From Podarcis cretensis (taxonomy: Eukaryota): a DNA stretch of 64,000 nt. Where the stretch lies: the NCBI GenBank assembly GCA_951804945.1, contig OX638154.1, forward strand, positions 49,104,001 to 49,168,000, written 5' to 3'. Under the pieces are notes generated by a model. The model was not told the origin of the DNA. It searched no databases and saw nothing but the letters and a program-made list of their open reading frames with translations. A program made the position numbers and the translations under genes. Below are positions 61,900 through 64,000 of this stretch, piece after piece. Each line of letters starts with the position of its first letter. Position 1 is the stretch's first letter.

Positions 61900-62135
61900 A
61901 TAAATAATAATAATAATAATAATACCCCGCCCATCTTGCTGGGTTTCCCCTGCCACTCTGAGCAGCTCCCAACAGAATATTAAAAACACAATAAAACATC
62001 AAACATCAAAAACTTCCCTAAACAAGGCTGCCTTCAGATGTCTTCTAAAAGTCAGATAGTTGTTCATTTCCTTGACATCTGATGGGAGGGAATTCCACAG
62101 GGCGGGCACCACCACTGAGAAGGCCCTCCGCCTGG
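61900..62135 (-). mobile_element. LINE (L2-like) 3' fragment with (TTA)n tail
   Basis: encodes RAFSVVVPALWNSLP...FRRHLKAALF, typical of the L2 ORF2 C-terminus. Confidence 0.75.
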
Positions 62136-63378
62136 CAAACACATCAGTGCCACCAATTTGGCATTCCAGCAGGTGCATTTGCACCAATCCACCCTTCGTG
62201 CAGGTAAATAATAGAGACCCTCCTGCCAGGAACTTAGAATGGCAGCTCCACCTCACCTAGCTAGCCATTTCTAGAAATGCTTCACTCTCTTAAATGTTTG
62301 CTGGGAACGCAGGTGTTAAAGGCAAAGGAGTTTCTGCAGGAAAAAGGTGGCAAGCATACGCAAGAAAGGGCCCCAGAAGTAAACTGTTTGTCCAATATGT
62401 ACTGATAAGCTGATCCGCCCCTGGCAATTTTCACTTCCCAAGTGCTTAAAGGAGCATCTAGAAACAATGTCTGGGATCTAACCACCTCCTGATGAAACCA
62501 AGTCAAGGTCTTCTGAAAATGACTTAGATAACCTCCAACTCTGCTTCTTCTCTTTGATTCTTCTCAAAGAATAAAAAGGCAAGGTTGTGCAACAAACAAG
62601 CTAAAGAACTTCTATTTAATCCATGGCAAATAAACAGACAGGGGTGCTATGCATATAGTAGGAATGGGTTTATATGTGTATTTTTGCATGTTGCAACAGT
62701 CTGCAAATTTCTTTTTAACTTCCTCTCAAAAGCAGGTATGTAAATACATACTTTGATGCAAATTTAAATGTGTATTTTCTCTCAAAATACGATTTAAACG
62801 TATAGGTATGTTTATTTCAAAATATGATTCTAAATGCATTATTTTAAATGTTTAAACCAACCTTCCTCAACGTGTAGACTATATTCACCAGAAACCAGGT
62901 AAAAACTCACTTTAAAAAACAGGTATTTAAAGGCTGATGTCATTTTTTATGTTGTGATGCTGCTAATTATGTTTTTTTATGTGCTGTATGATAATTATTT
63001 TTAATGTTTCTGCTTATAATGTACAATATTATGTTTCTTATTGCTTTTCTTTTATTGCAAACTGTCCTGTGGCCATGTTTGGTGAATGTCAGTCCAGAAA
63101 TCTATTTAATAAATAAAACACTCATCAGCACAAATATTCATTCCAATATTTGGTGGGTAGCTAAGCTCCAATCTGCATATTAGGCCAAGAGATACAGATC
63201 AGGTAGAAAAATCTGCAGACTGAATTCCTCAAGCACTTTCTGTTTCTACTGCTGTATTTGCATTATTTGAATAATTATACTTGTGCCAGTAGAGGTCACT
63301 AGTATGCAGCATCTTCCATTCCTCCCACTCTGTCCCCAGCAAGTAAGAAATGTGGAGTTAGATTATGCTTATTACTCC

Positions 63379-63940
63379 AGCGAGAGTGGTGCTGTGGGTT
63401 AAGCCACAGAGCCTAGGGCATGGGTAGGCAAACTAAGGCCTGGGGGCCGCATCTGGCCCAATTGCCTTCTAAATCTGGCCCATGGACAGTCCAGGAATCA
63501 GCGTGTTTTTACATGAGTAGAATGTGTGCTTTTATTTAAAATGCATCTCTGGGTTATTTGTGGGGCATAGGAATTCATTCTTTTTTCCCCGCTTCAAAAT
63601 ATAGTCCGGCCCCCCACAAGGTCTGAGGGACAGTGGACCGGCCCCTGCCAGAAAAAGTTTGCTGATCCCTGGCCTAGGGCTTGCCGATCAGAAGGTTGGT
63701 GGTTCGAATCCCCGCGACGGGGTGAGCTCCAGCACATCAAAGTGCAAGTAGATAAATAGGTACCGCTCCAGTAGTAAGGTAAATGGTGTTTCCGTGCGCT
63801 GCTCTGGTTCGCCAGAAGTGGCTTAGTCATGCTGGCCACATGACCCGGAAGTTGTACGCCGGCTCCCTCGGCCAATAAAGTGAGATGAGCACCGCAACCC
63901 CAGAGTTATCTGCGACTGGACCTAATGGTCAGGGGTCCCT
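63379..63940 (+). mobile_element. Sauria SINE interrupted by a hAT MITE; TSD TTATTACTCC (63369-63378 / 63941-63950)
   Basis: both halves align to the 59772 copy; 10-bp flanking direct repeat. Confidence 0.9.
63419..63671. mobile_element. hAT (Charlie/OC1-like) non-autonomous DNA transposon, 253 bp
   Basis: perfect 8-bp TSD GCCTAGGG; imperfect terminal inverted repeats (TIRs) CATGGGTAGGCAAACT / AGTTTGCTGATCCCTG. Confidence 0.88.
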
Positions 63941-64000
63941 TTATTACTCCTGGACAGGTGGTGAATGGCTTCTACTGTGATGATAACCTATATGTTTTGG

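Noticed and set aside
46000-64000. GPR25 or another coding gene upstream of INAVA
   Set aside because: No long single-exon 7TM ORF or recognisable exons; short ORFs are repeat-derived or random.

Overview
This is vertebrate genomic DNA, almost certainly from a squamate reptile and probably a lacertid lizard, judged from its SINE and MITE families. Two convergent multi-exon genes occupy 1-46 kb. (1) KIF21B (+ strand): the 3' two-thirds, from the first coiled-coil exon after the motor domain through the WD40 tail. I reconstructed 27 coding exons by hand (229-23937, 3711 nt = 1236 aa + stop; all GT-AG, phases consistent). There is also an alternative terminal exon (24929-24983) and a long 3' UTR ending near 28530. 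(2) INAVA/C1orf106 (- strand): complete CDS in 9 exons (45419 to 30167, 1806 nt = 601 aa + stop), with the CUPID/DUF3338 domain and a C-terminal PDZ-type motif. The stretch 46-64 kb is non-coding upstream/intronic DNA with candidate promoters, a strong CTCF motif and many SINEs, L2 fragments and hAT/Tc1-mariner MITEs, some nested with clean target-site duplications (TSDs). I found no new protein-coding system. The most interesting observations: a SINE tail that seems obliged to supply the branch point of a KIF21B exon; tail-to-tail KIF21B/INAVA with no MROH3 between them; a 39-nt cassette exon with neural splicing motifs; duplicated terminal exons with a possible TE-derived polyA site; and an OC1-like hAT MITE nested in a Sauria SINE. 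Gene and repeat family names come from recalled sequences, not from a database search.
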